From the NCBI GenBank assembly GCA_963817955.1, contig CAWFQK010000004.1, forward strand, positions 1-64,000: 64,000 nucleotides of DNA. Reading direction: 5' to 3'. This DNA comes from an uncultured Gemmatimonadaceae bacterium. GTDB taxonomy: Bacteria; Gemmatimonadota; Gemmatimonadetes; Gemmatimonadales; Gemmatimonadaceae. This document shows positions 20,671 through 30,881 of the stretch, piece after piece. Below the pieces are notes generated by a model. That model saw nothing but the letters and a program-made list of their open reading frames with translations, was not told where the DNA came from and made no database searches. The translations under genes were made by a program, and so were the position numbers. The stretch's first letter is position 1. The number at the start of each line of letters is the position of its first letter.

Positions 20671-21653
20671 TGGCCGAGATCACCTACCTCGAAGCCATCC
20701 GCGAAGCGCTCTTCGAAGAGATGGAGCGCGATCCCAATGTCTTCTGTCTTGGCGAGGACATCGGCCGCTACGGCGGCGCGTTCAAGGTCACTGAAGGGCT
20801 GATCGACAAGTTCGGTGAGCAGCGGGTTATCGACACGCCGATTTCGGAAACCGGCATCGTTGGCGCCGCGGCTGGGGCGGCGCACATGGGCATGCGACCG
20901 GTAGTGGAGATGCAGTTCATCGACTTCGTCGCCAACGCGTATGACATGCTGACGAATTACGTGGCGACGTCACGGTATCGCGCGTTTCTGCCATGCCCCA
21001 TGGTGGTGCGTGGCCCGAGTGGCGGGTATGTCCGCGGTGGGCCATTCCATTCGCAGAATCCGGAGGCAGGGTTCATCCATACTCCCGGCCTCAAGGTCGT
21101 CTATCCGTCCACGGCGCGAGGATGCAAAGGGACTGTTGAAATCGGCCATTCGCGACGACGACTGCGTGTTGTTCTTCGAGCACAAGTATCTGTATCGCCG
21201 GATCAAGGGTGAGATGCCGGCCGGCGACCATGTTATGCCGATCGGAAAGGCTCGGTTGGCGCGCGAAGGTACCGATCTATCGATCATCACGTACGGCGCG
21301 ACGGTATGGAAGGCGCTCGATGCCGCGGCGCAGCTCGAGAAGGAAGACGGGCTCTCCGTGGAGGTGATCGACCTCCGGTCGCTCGCGCCACTGGACGACG
21401 AGGCGATCGAGGCGACCGTGACGCAAGACGAACCGCGTACTGATCGTCCACGAGGACACGCGGACCGGCGGTATCGCTGGCGAGCTCGACGGCGCGCATC
21501 AACGAAAGTTCGTTCGCTTGGCTCGACGCGCCAGTGTTGCGGGTGACGGCGCACGACGTGCCGCTGCCGTTCGCGCCGTCGCTGGAGGACTTCGTTCTGC
21601 CGGCGACCGCCGACATCGTGCGGCGGCGCGCCCGGATTCTGGCAGCCTACTGA
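20670..21653 (+). CDS. 2-oxoacid dehydrogenase E1 beta (several frameshifts)
   Basis: ITYLEAIREA, LGEDIG, DTPISE, EMQFIDF, HSQNPE, FFEHKYLY, EVIDLRSL. Confidence 0.9.
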
Positions 21654-21654
21654 C

Positions 21655-21969
21655 GTGGATCCGGAGAAGGCGGACTTCGAAGTAGGCGGCGAACCCAAAT
21701 CCGAACGTATTATGCGAGAAGGTCGCGTCACGACGTTTTCGCGTGGCTGGGTTCGCGGGCGGCGCCATGATGGCGGCGTGCTCATCGCCAAGATCGTAGG
21801 CGCGATATCTCACTGCCGGCAGATGTTGAGATGGGGTTCGCTTCGTGCAATTGGTACATGTAGGCGGGGTTCGGCGGGCTGATCGCTGGGGCCGTCGTTG
21901 TCCCCATCGTGGCGGTCACATCGCTCCGACGTGCGCGCAGGCTGCACGACAAGCTCGGAACGAGGGTGA
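21655..21969 (+). CDS. Probable small membrane protein, frameshifted, boundaries approximate
   Basis: Hydrophobic segments (VLIAKIVGAI; AVVVPIVAVTSLRRAR) across frames between E1b and E2. Confidence 0.45.
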
Positions 21970-21973
21970 TGCA

Positions 21974-23299
21974 GTGGCACGAATAGATGTCCCGATGCCC
22001 CAGATGGGTGAGTCGATCGCTGAGGGAACGCTGTCAAGGTGGTTGAAGAAGGTCGGCGACCATGTGAAGCGCGACGAGCCGATCTTCGAGATTTCCACTG
22101 ACAAGGTGGACGCGGAGATTCCCGCGCCCTCCAGCGGTGTGCTGGCCGAGATTCTCATCACCGAAGGGCAGACGGTCCCAGTGCAGACGATCGTTGCCCG
22201 AATCGAGACGGACGTCAACGCGGCGGTGAGTGCGCCCGTAGCCGCGCCAGTTCCTGTCGGAGCCACAGACGCGCCTGCTCCGACAACGTCGACCCCGGTT
22301 GCCGTTGCGCCACCCGCTCCGGTCGCTCCAGCCGCACCATCGCATGGAGACGGCGGCGGCTCGTTCGAGGACCGTGTACGCACGAAGTCGTCGCCGCTCG
22401 TTCGGCGAATGGCGGCCGATCATGGCGTCGAGCTTACTGCGCTGCACGGGAGCGGCATCGCCGGTCGGGTCACCAAGAAGGACCTGCTCGAATTCCTCGA
22501 AGCCGGTGCCAAGACCCCAGCACGTCCGCCTGAGACCGCTGCCGTCAACACTGGTGGTACTGTGCCGCAGGGTCCGCTGCCTGAACCATGGCCCGGCGAT
22601 CGCGTGGAACCCATGTCCAAGATGCGCGCGCTGATTGCCGAGCATATGGTCATGTCGCGCCACACATCGGCGCACGTCAACACGTTCTTCGAGGTGGATT
22701 TCACGCGTATCGCGCGGATTCGAGCAAAGAATCGTGCCGAGTTCGAGCGAAAGACGGGTGAGAAGCTCACGTACATGCCGTTCATCATCAAAGCGGTAAG
22801 TGAAGGCCTGAAGGCCTTTCCGGTGCTCAACGCGTCCGTGCGCGGCACGGAAGTGATCTATCGGAAGGCGATCAACATCGGTGTCGCCGTGGCGCTGGAC
22901 TGGGGCCTCATCGTGCCGGTCATCAAGAATGCCGACAACCTGTCACTCACCGGCCTCACGCGTACGCTCAACGATCTGGCGAGCCGCGCGCGTGGCAAGA
23001 AGCTCGACCCGCGCGAAGTGCAGGACGGTACCTTCACCATCAGCAACCCCGGCGTGTTTGGCTCGATGATCGGCACGCCGATCATCAACCAGCCCCAGGT
23101 CGCGATCCTGTGCCTCGGTGCCATCGAGAAACGGCCGAAGGTGATCACTGGTTCCGATGGCGAAGATACCATCGCGATTCGTACGTGCTCATATGTGTCG
23201 CTGTCGTTCGATCATCGGATCGTCGATGGCGCGGACGCGGACAAGTTCATGTCGCTGGTCAAGCAAAGTCTCGAGACATTTCCCGACGCCGTCCTCTGA
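21974..23299 (+). CDS. Dihydrolipoamide acyltransferase E2 (single lipoyl domain)
   Basis: MPQMGES, ISTDKVD lipoyl site; SPLVRR..G.G..GRVTKKD E3-binding domain; FDHRIVDG. Confidence 0.93.
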   Translation: MARIDVPMPQMGESIAEGTLSRWLKKVGDHVKRDEPIFEISTDKVDAEIPAPSSGVLAEILITEGQTVPVQTIVARIETDVNAAVSAPVAAPVPVGATDAPAPTTSTPVAVAPPAPVAPAAPSHGDGGGSFEDRVRTKSSPLVRRMAADHGVELTALHGSGIAGRVTKKDLLEFLEAGAKTPARPPETAAVNTGGTVPQGPLPEPWPGDRVEPMSKMRALIAEHMVMSRHTSAHVNTFFEVDFTRIARIRAKNRAEFERKTGEKLTYMPFIIKAVSEGLKAFPVLNASVRGTEVIYRKAINIGVAVALDWGLIVPVIKNADNLSLTGLTRTLNDLASRARGKKLDPREVQDGTFTISNPGVFGSMIGTPIINQPQVAILCLGAIEKRPKVITGSDGEDTIAIRTCSYVSLSFDHRIVDGADADKFMSLVKQSLETFPDAVL

Positions 23300-23301
23300 G
23301 T

Positions 23302-23562
23302 ATGGCGCGCGTCTTGACGATTCAACGAACGCTGGTCACGCCTCCCGACCGCGAGCGCTTTCATGAGGCCCTTCGCCGTAAGGAGGCGTACTACGCCAAG
23401 GCGAACTGCCGGTTCTGGGCGTTCGAGGAGGCGGCGCTGCCTGGCGCATTTTTAGAGTTTTTCGAATCAGACGATGCCGAGACGTTGGCGCGGGCCCACG
23501 CGGGCGCGCCTGACCCAGTGCTCGATCCCAACCGTGTGTATAGAGAAGTGGAGCTTCACTAG
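23302..23562 (+). CDS. Hypothetical protein (86 aa, possible ferredoxin-like/ABM fold)
   Basis: ATG 2 nt after E2 stop; abuts next gene. Confidence 0.7.
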   Translation: MARVLTIQRTLVTPPDRERFHEALRRKEAYYAKANCRFWAFEEAALPGAFLEFFESDDAETLARAHAGAPDPVLDPNRVYREVELH

Positions 23563-23829
23563 ATGCCATCACGCACCATCACTGTCGACGGCAAGCCTTG
23601 GCTGGTGTTTCCTTCCGGCCGCGTGACGCAGAACGACCGCGACGAATTCGGGGTGCTGTTCGTGAACGGAGTGGGCGCGAATCGCCTGGTTCGCGTCACG
23701 CGCTATTCTCCGCTCGGGGCGCGGTCGCGCGAGCGGTCGCTCGTCGAGCTGAACGACGCCGACCTCGTACGCCTGTTTGGGGCCTCGCAGCCGAGCGATA
23801 CGTCGCCCGAAGCCGACTACTCGGCGTGA
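23563..23829 (+). CDS. Hypothetical protein (88 aa)
   Basis: SD GGAG; GTGA overlap with PHP gene. Confidence 0.7.
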   Translation: MPSRTITVDGKPWLVFPSGRVTQNDRDEFGVLFVNGVGANRLVRVTRYSPLGARSRERSLVELNDADLVRLFGASQPSDTSPEADYSA

Positions 23830-24683
23830 GCGGTCCAACATCGGTCGCCGAGCCTCTCGGGGGCTACGTCGACCTGCACGTGCACTCGACGGCGTCGGAT
23901 GGATCGCGGTCGCCGTCGGACGTTGTGCGGGAGGCGAAGCGCGTCGGCCTCGCCGCGCTTGCGCTCACCGACCACGATACGCTCGACGGCATTGCCGAAG
24001 CGACGGCGATGGGCAACGAACTCGGCATCCGCATCGTATCCGGCATCGAGCTCAGTGCGGTCGAAGGTGACGCAGAAACGCACATCCTGGGGTTGCACCT
24101 GTCGGATACGCGCGAGCTCGAGGCCGAACTCATCGCACTTCGCGAGATGCGGCGCTCACGCGCCGAGCGGATCGTGGGGCGGCTGAACGAGCTCGGCGTC
24201 CGCATCGAATTTGTGTCGGTGCTCGAGCAGGCTGCCGGCGGCGCGATCGGGCGTCCGCACGTGGCTCGGGCCATGATCGCCGAAGGCTGGGCGGTGGATT
24301 TTCGCGACGCATTTGAACGCTATCTGGGCAACGGCAAGCCGGCGTACGTTTCGAAGGACCGCCTCCCCATCGTCCATGCCATCGACTTGATCCATCGGGC
24401 CGGCGGATTGGCCATTCTGGCCCACCCGGCGCATTCCGGCACGCGCGAACGCGTTGCGGGTTTCGTGCAACAGGGCATAGACGGTCTCGAGGTTCGGCAT
24501 CCGGGGCATTCCTCGGAGGATACGGCGCGTCTACTGGCACTGGTCGACTACTTTGCGCTGGTGCCGAGTGGCGGTTCCGATTGGCACGGTGCTGGGGATG
24601 GACCGCGCATGCTCGGTATGATGCGAGTTCCTGCTGAATGGCTTGGACGGCAGGACCTGCGGATCGGTGCGCGCGCCGCGTAG
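23826..24683 (+). CDS. PHP-domain phosphoesterase (TrpH/YciV-like)
   Basis: DLHVHSTASDG, LTDHD, GIELS, GRPHVA, LAHP, GGSDWHG. Confidence 0.92.
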   Translation: MSGPTSVAEPLGGYVDLHVHSTASDGSRSPSDVVREAKRVGLAALALTDHDTLDGIAEATAMGNELGIRIVSGIELSAVEGDAETHILGLHLSDTRELEAELIALREMRRSRAERIVGRLNELGVRIEFVSVLEQAAGGAIGRPHVARAMIAEGWAVDFRDAFERYLGNGKPAYVSKDRLPIVHAIDLIHRAGGLAILAHPAHSGTRERVAGFVQQGIDGLEVRHPGHSSEDTARLLALVDYFALVPSGGSDWHGAGDGPRMLGMMRVPAEWLGRQDLRIGARAA

Positions 24684-24731
24684 GCGGCCCCGTTCGTCTC
24701 ACCGCTCGAAAGGGAGGGGGAGAGCGCCAAA

Positions 24732-25463
24732 ATGGAACTCCGAGGGCGAACTGCTCTAGTCACCGGCGCCGGTCATCGCGTGGGTCGTGCAATTGCCGTG
24801 GCCTTGGGGGCGCGCGGTATGCGCGTCGCGGTGCATTACAACGCCGCGGTTGCCGGCGCACAGGAAACCATCGCGCTGATCGAGCAGGCTGGGGGCCACG
24901 CGATCGCCGTCGGAGGCGATCTCACGCAGCCGGACGTCCCGTCACGCGTCATCGACGACGTCGTCCGAGCCTATCAGTCACTTGATGTGTTGGTGAATTC
25001 GGCCGCGGTCATGATACGCACGCCGTTCGGCGAGGTTACGCCGCGACAGTGGGATGACATGATGGCGCTCAATCTCCGCGCCCCCTTCTTTCTCGCGCAG
25101 GCGGCGGCCCGGCACCTGTGCGCGGCTAAGGGCGCCATCGTGAACATCGCCGACCTCGCCGCGTTCGAGACCTGGCCGGCGTATGTGCCGCACGGCGTAT
25201 CGAAATCCGGCGTCGTGTACCTGACGCGCGCGCTTGCTCGCGTACTGGCCCCGGAGGTCCGCGTGAACGGAATTGCGCCCGGCACCGTGCTGTTGCCCGA
25301 CGATTGGGATCCTGCTGCCGCGGCGCATTTGCTCGCAACGACGCCGTTGCAGCGGATGGGGAGTCCGGCCGACGTGGCGGCGACGATGCTGTTCATTCTG
25401 GACAACGACTATCTCACCGGCGAGACGATCATCGTCGACGGCGGACGGCACATCCGACAGTGA
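24732..25463 (+). CDS. SDR oxidoreductase, pteridine reductase/FolM-like
   Basis: TGAGHRVG (Arg in glycine loop), HYN, VRVNGIAPG, VDGG; HxxSK instead of YxxxK. Confidence 0.82.
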   Translation: MELRGRTALVTGAGHRVGRAIAVALGARGMRVAVHYNAAVAGAQETIALIEQAGGHAIAVGGDLTQPDVPSRVIDDVVRAYQSLDVLVNSAAVMIRTPFGEVTPRQWDDMMALNLRAPFFLAQAAARHLCAAKGAIVNIADLAAFETWPAYVPHGVSKSGVVYLTRALARVLAPEVRVNGIAPGTVLLPDDWDPAAAAHLLATTPLQRMGSPADVAATMLFILDNDYLTGETIIVDGGRHIRQ

Positions 25464-25579
25464 TCGAGATGTTTGGTCCGCCGTTGCGGCGTAGGCAGTG
25501 GCATTCCCTGGTCCGCTAGATTTCATAGTATTCCAGGGAAGGCGGCCCTGCTGGGTCCGCCGCGACACGAGGAACTGAC

Positions 25580-26566
25580 TTGCCCACCCACAACTACGAC
25601 GTCGTCATCATTGGCGCGGGCCCCGCGGGAATGTGTGCAGGCATGTACGCTGGACGTTCCATGCTCAAGACCGTTGTTCTCGAGCGCGGGTTTCCTGGCG
25701 GGGAGCTGCTCAATACTGAGGTGATCGAGGATTATCCCGGCTTCGAGCGCATTCTCGGACATGAGTTGGCGCAGCGATTCTACGATCATGCGGCCAAGTT
25801 CGGCGCCGAGTTCAAGAATGGTGTCGTCGTGGAGTCCGTAAAGAAGGGCGACGACGGTACGTTCGAGACCCGCACGGAAGCCGGCGACGTTTATCTATCG
25901 CCCGCCGTCATCCTGACGGCGGGCGGTACTCCCGTGAAGCTCGGCGTTCCCGGTGAGCTGGAGTACGCGGGAAAGGGGGTTTCCTACTGCGCGATCTGCG
26001 ACGGCGCGTTCTTCCGCGGCCAGACGATCGCTGTCGTCGGCGGCGGTGACGCGGCGACGGAAGAAGCAGACTTTCTGACCCGGTACGCCGATAAGGTGTA
26101 TCTGATCCACCGGCGCGGCGAGCTCCGTTCGTCGAAGATCCTGCAGCAGCGTCTGTTCGAGAATCCCAAGGTGGACGTCGTCTGGGACACGATCGTGGAC
26201 GCCGTCGAAGGGGACGACCAGGGGTTGGTGAACAATCTGAAGTTGCGAGATGTGAACTCCAACGTGGCGCGCGATCTCAGCGTGACCGGATTGTTCGTGT
26301 TCGTCGGCTTTCGGCCAAACACGGGCGTGATCGAAGCACACGTCGATCACGACGACATGGGTTACATTCGCACCGATGCGAACATGCACACCAGCTTGCG
26401 TGGCTTGTTCGCGGCCGGTGACGTGCGCGCCCAGCTGACCCGTCAGGTGACGACCGCGGTCGGCGATGCGACCACGGCAGCCATTGCCGTTGAGAAATAT
26501 CTCAAGGCGTTGACCGACGGTACGCCGAGCGAGCCGATCGTCGGCACCGGAGGGTACACGGCATGA
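25580..26566 (+). CDS. trxB: Thioredoxin-disulfide reductase
   Basis: GAGPAG, GVSYCAICDG, GGGDAA, FAAGDV. Confidence 0.95.
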   Translation: MPTHNYDVVIIGAGPAGMCAGMYAGRSMLKTVVLERGFPGGELLNTEVIEDYPGFERILGHELAQRFYDHAAKFGAEFKNGVVVESVKKGDDGTFETRTEAGDVYLSPAVILTAGGTPVKLGVPGELEYAGKGVSYCAICDGAFFRGQTIAVVGGGDAATEEADFLTRYADKVYLIHRRGELRSSKILQQRLFENPKVDVVWDTIVDAVEGDDQGLVNNLKLRDVNSNVARDLSVTGLFVFVGFRPNTGVIEAHVDHDDMGYIRTDANMHTSLRGLFAAGDVRAQLTRQVTTAVGDATTAAIAVEKYLKALTDGTPSEPIVGTGGYTA

Positions 26567-27204
26567 GGTTCGAGTTCTGCACCGTCGGCGCGTTTCAGGA
26601 GAACGCATATCTCGTCATCGACGAGTCGACGAGTCGGGCCGTGCTGATCGATCCAGGCGCCGAACCCGAACGGCTGATCGCGACGGTGCGCACCTCGCAG
26701 GCGACCCTGGAGGCGATCTGGCTCACGCACGGCCATCTGGATCACATCGGCGGCATTGTCGGCGTGTGCCGTGAGTGGCCGGTGCCCGTGCATTTGCACC
26801 CAGCTGACCTCCCGCTCTATCTCCGCGGTGAAACGCAGGCGGCGGCGTACGGTCTGCCATTCGACCAGCCCGATCCTCCCACCTGCGAGCTCGTCGATGG
26901 CGGCGTGCTGACCGTCGGCACGCTGCAGTTCGAGGTGATGCACACGCCCGGCCACTCGCCAGGGCATGTGATTTTTCGGCATCACGACACCGTATTCAGC
27001 GGCGATCTCTTGTTTGCCGGATCGGTGGGCCGCAGCGACTTGCCCTTGTCGAATCCGGACCACATCCAAGAATCGCTGACGCGCATTTGCGAGCTCGCCG
27101 ACGAGACGCGGATTCATCCCGGCCACGGGCCGGAGACGACCATAGGACACGAGCGGGCCACGAACGCCTATCTACCGAACGGTGCTCGCCTCATGAGGCG
27201 ATAG
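26563..27204 (+). CDS. MBL-fold metallo-hydrolase (glyoxalase II/YcbL-like)
   Basis: THGHLDH, HTPGHSPG, GDLLF, PGHG. Confidence 0.9.
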   Translation: MRFEFCTVGAFQENAYLVIDESTSRAVLIDPGAEPERLIATVRTSQATLEAIWLTHGHLDHIGGIVGVCREWPVPVHLHPADLPLYLRGETQAAAYGLPFDQPDPPTCELVDGGVLTVGTLQFEVMHTPGHSPGHVIFRHHDTVFSGDLLFAGSVGRSDLPLSNPDHIQESLTRICELADETRIHPGHGPETTIGHERATNAYLPNGARLMRR

Positions 27205-27218
27205 ACGTGGAGCTTCGC

Positions 27219-27689
27219 ATGTCTTCCATCGTACAGCTCATTGCGCTGGCGCTGTGGTTGGGAGCGGCGGCGTTCTTCAGCGCGGCCGTGGCACCGGCAT
27301 TGTTTGCCGTGCTGCCGTCGCGTTCCCTGGCCGGCCTGGTCGTGGGACGATTGCTTCCGGTGGTGCTCTACGCGGGTGTATTCGTGGGGCTGCTGGTGAG
27401 CATCACCCAGGTGGTCAGCCGCGGTGGCTGGAGTTATCGCGGCCGAGAAACGGCCGCGGCGGTGATGGTCGCCGCCTGCGCCGTGGCGCAGTTCGTGATC
27501 GCTCCGCGGATCGAGCGTCTCCGCGCACAGATCCCCGGGCCGATCGAACAGTTGGCGCTCGACGACGCGCGCCGCGTCGCCTTTGGGCGTCTCCACGGGG
27601 TGAGCGTGGCCTGGCTCGGTCTGGCCATGATTGCCGCGGTCGTTGCCCTCCTCCTCACGGCCACCGACTGGCCGATGCACAAAGTCTAA
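27219..27689 (+). CDS. DUF4149/TMEM205-like membrane protein
   Basis: 4 TM; WLG..FFSAAVAPALF and FGRLHGVS patterns. Confidence 0.75.
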   Translation: MSSIVQLIALALWLGAAAFFSAAVAPALFAVLPSRSLAGLVVGRLLPVVLYAGVFVGLLVSITQVVSRGGWSYRGRETAAAVMVAACAVAQFVIAPRIERLRAQIPGPIEQLALDDARRVAFGRLHGVSVAWLGLAMIAAVVALLLTATDWPMHKV

Positions 27690-27702
27690 CTAAACCAATG
27701 GA

Positions 27703-29114
27703 ATGATGACCGATACTCGTCGTGAAAAGGACCCGCTCGGACCGCTCGACGTTCCTGCCGACGCGTTGTACGGCGTCCAGACCCTGCGGGCCAAACAGAA
27801 CTTTCCCATCAGCGGCTTGCTTCCGCTCGAACCGTTCGTGACGGCGCAGGTCTGGATCAAGAAAGCGGCGGCACTGACGCACAAGGAGACCGGCCGCCTC
27901 GACGCAACGCGCGCGGATGCGATCGTGCGGGCAGCAGACGAGATCCTCGCCGGCCAGCATCGGAACCAGTTCATCGTGGATCCGTATCAGGCGGGGGCCG
28001 GGACGTCGCACAACATGAACGTGAACGAGGTGCTGGCGAACCGCGCCAACGAACTCCTCGGCGGCAAGCGTGGCGACTATGCGCCGGTGCATCCGAACGA
28101 TCACGTCAACATGGCGCAGTCGACCAACGACACGATCCCGACAAACATCCGTCTGGCGTGCCTGTCGCAGCTCGATGGCCTGCTGAGCGCATTCGAGAAT
28201 CTGCGAGGGGCGCTGGCGGACAAGGGCAAGGAGTTTGACGGCATCGTGAAGGCCGGACGGACCCACCTCCAGGACGCGATGCCTATTCGTCTCGGCCAGG
28301 AGTTCACGGCCTACGCGGGCTCCATCGCGCGCGGCGTGCGCCGCGTCGAACGAGGCCGCCGATTACCTGCGCGATCTCGGCATCGGCGGCAGCGCCGTCG
28401 GCACGGGCGTTACCGTGGAGGAGCGGTATCCTGGACTGATGGCACAAGTATCTCGAGCAGATCACGGGACTCGATCTCCGCGTCGGCGAGGACCACATCC
28501 AGCTCATGCAGAGCATGGGCGACGTGGCGGGCTTCAGTGCGCAGCTTCGCGTGCTGGCCATCGATCTCAGCAAGATCGTCAGCGACCTGCGGCTCATGGT
28601 CATGGGTCCGCGCACAGGAATCGACGAGATCAAGCTGCCCGCGGTGCAGCCGGGATCGTCGATCATGCCGGGCAAGATCAATCCGTCGATTCCTGAGATG
28701 GTCAACCAGGTGTGCTTTCAGGTGGTGGGCCTGGATACGACCGTCTCCATCTCGGCGGAGCACGGCCAGCTCGAGCTGAACGTGATGATGCCGGTGATCG
28801 CGTTCAACGTGCTCCTGGCGATGCGCATCCTCACCAATGCCACGAACGTGCTAGCCGACAAGTGCGTGAAAGGCATCGAGGCGAACCGCGACATGTGTGA
28901 ATACTGGGTCGAGCGGTCGGCCGCGTTGGCCACGGCGCTCGCGCCGCAGATCGGTTACACCAAGGCTGCTGAGATCAGCAAGCAGTCGGTAAAAGAAGGC
29001 ATCCTGATCCGCGACATGGTGAAGCGCGACAAGATCCTGCCGGATGCACAGGCAGATGACGTGTTGGACTTGAAGAAGATGACGGAAATCGGTGTCCCGG
29101 GAGCCGCGCGGTAA
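27703..29114 (+). CDS. Aspartate ammonia-lyase / class II fumarase (frameshifts at about 28350-28450)
   Basis: YGVQTLRA, GAGTSHNMN, HPNDHVN, GRTHLQDA, PGSSIMPGKINP, GQLELNV. Confidence 0.9.
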
Positions 29115-29169
29115 CGCGTGCTCGCGATGTAGCACGCTCGGACGGCCGCTGCGCCGGTGCAGGAAATCT

Positions 29170-29204
29170 GAATGGGCCGTGACGCCTGGCGTGACGGCCC
29201 ATTC
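29170..29204. terminator. Hairpin after aspartase, probable terminator
   Basis: GAATGGGCCGT...ACGGCCCATTC 11-bp IR plus inner stem. Confidence 0.65.
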
Positions 29205-29253
29205 TGTATTCAGCCGTCTTACACTTTGCTCCCTCGCCCTTAGATTGGAGATT

Positions 29254-29745
29254 GTGCGAATCACCACTCTCGCCGAATACGGCGTCATCTGCGCTCTCCA
29301 TCTGGCGCGGCGTGCGTCCGAGGGGCCGATCACAGGCCGCGAGATCGCGGAAAGTGAGCGGCTGCCCGGTGATTACGTCGAACAGATTCTGTTGCGGCTC
29401 CGACGCGCCGGGCTCGTCCGCAGCACGCGGGGCGCGCGAGGCGGGTATGCGTTGGCGCGCCCGGCGAATGAGATCTCGATCCGGAATGTGATCGAAGCCT
29501 CTGAGGTCACGACGTTCGATCTCCACTGTGTATCGCACCCGGTGGGCGAGGAGCGCTGCTCGACGTCGCACACGTGCAGCATCCGCCCCGTATGGATGCT
29601 ATTGCAGCGCAAGATCGATGACGTGCTCGAAGGTGTGCGTCTCTCCGATCTGCTCGCCGAAGAGAGCGAAGTGCGCACACGGGTCGGGTTGGCGGACGCA
29701 ACGGCCGGCGTCCCGGACGCGCGGGTTTTGCCAGTCCTGCAGTAG
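29254..29745 (+). CDS. Rrf2-family transcriptional regulator with three Cys (IscR-like)
   Basis: [28 protein letters not shown]-x9-C-x5-C; GTG start. Confidence 0.92.
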   Translation: MRITTLAEYGVICALHLARRASEGPITGREIAESERLPGDYVEQILLRLRRAGLVRSTRGARGGYALARPANEISIRNVIEASEVTTFDLHCVSHPVGEERCSTSHTCSIRPVWMLLQRKIDDVLEGVRLSDLLAEESEVRTRVGLADATAGVPDARVLPVLQ

Positions 29746-29749
29746 CGAC

Positions 29750-30316
29750 ATGCCATTGTTTGCGCGGTGGCGGGCCGAGCGGGACTTGCAGCGAAAGGCA
29801 TCGGCGTACGTCGAGGTCTTGTTCCGCGATCCGGAACTCGCGGACGTGAAGTGGCTGGCCGAGTACGCTACGGGCGGCGACGTCGATCATGCGCAATGGG
29901 AGCTGCGGTACGCGCGGCGAGCGCTCGGTCTCATCACGGCCCAGCGCGACGCGCTGGACGACCGCACCGCTTCGATCGTGGCGCAGGCGGTCACGAATTC
30001 GTTCGGCCGCGACGGAAACATCGCGTCGGAGATGGCAGAAACGGCGGAGCGCCAGTTCAACGCGCGGCTGAGCGCGTACCGCGACGGGCTGGCAGCGAAG
30101 GCGGGCGCGCCGACGCTGATCCGGATGGGTCAGACACTGTTCGCGTTTGCTGGCGGGAGCTTCCGAAGCCAGGACGCCAACATCGTGCGCGCCGGCGAAC
30201 TGCTCAATCGGTATCTCGCGGAAGCGAATGAGGCGCTGCGCACCAACTTCGGTGCGGCGGATCTTCCGGAGAACGTGCCGCCCTCGGCGCTGGTCGGCGG
30301 ACGAACGGATCGTTAG
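29750..30316 (+). CDS. Hypothetical helical protein (188 aa)
   Basis: ATG 4 nt after Rrf2 stop; typical codon usage. Confidence 0.75.
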   Translation: MPLFARWRAERDLQRKASAYVEVLFRDPELADVKWLAEYATGGDVDHAQWELRYARRALGLITAQRDALDDRTASIVAQAVTNSFGRDGNIASEMAETAERQFNARLSAYRDGLAAKAGAPTLIRMGQTLFAFAGGSFRSQDANIVRAGELLNRYLAEANEALRTNFGAADLPENVPPSALVGGRTDR

Positions 30317-30508
30317 TCCGTATTTCTCACGATCGGTGTGAATGTGGCCATTTCGGAGTGATCGATCCCGTGTGGACACGCTCGCATTCGATCTGGACGA
30401 CAAGCGTGAGGATCATCCGCACCGGGGTCCCTGACTCGCGGGCCACCATCAGGCGCTAGAGACGAGCGCCGACCGCCGACACAGGCGCTCCGACTGCGAA
30501 GAGACGGC

Positions 30509-30802
30509 CCTACACACCGAATCGACGCACCTACACGACGAATCGACGCACCTAAACACCGAATCGACGCCCACTCACGACGATTCGACGGCCACTCACG
30601 ACGATTCGACGGCCACTCACGACGATTCGACGGCCACTCACGACGAGTCGACGCCCACTCACGACGAATCGTCGGCCACTCATTCCGATTCGACGGCCAC
30701 TTACTCCGATTCGACGCCCACTCAGGACGATTCGACAGCCACTCACGGCGAATCGACGGCCACTCAGGACGATTCGATGGTCACTCAACGCGATTCGACG
30801 GT
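30509..30802. repeat. Tandem array of 14 x 21-bp imperfect repeats, consensus CACTCACGACGATTCGACGGC
   Basis: Units counted directly at exact 21-bp period with no indels; first three are a CCTA(C/A)AC variant. Confidence 0.97.
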
Positions 30803-30881
30803 CACTCTGCGGCAACCGACATCACAATTGTTGTCAGATCCCTCCGGCTCGGCACGGATCCGGTTTCCCCGTGCCCCGTCG

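Noticed and set aside
26563..27204. Metallo-beta-lactamase resistance gene
   Set aside because: No signal peptide; ordinary cytoplasmic glyoxalase II-like protein
30509..30802. CRISPR array
   Set aside because: Units are contiguous with no unique spacers, the period is only 21 bp, and no cas genes are present
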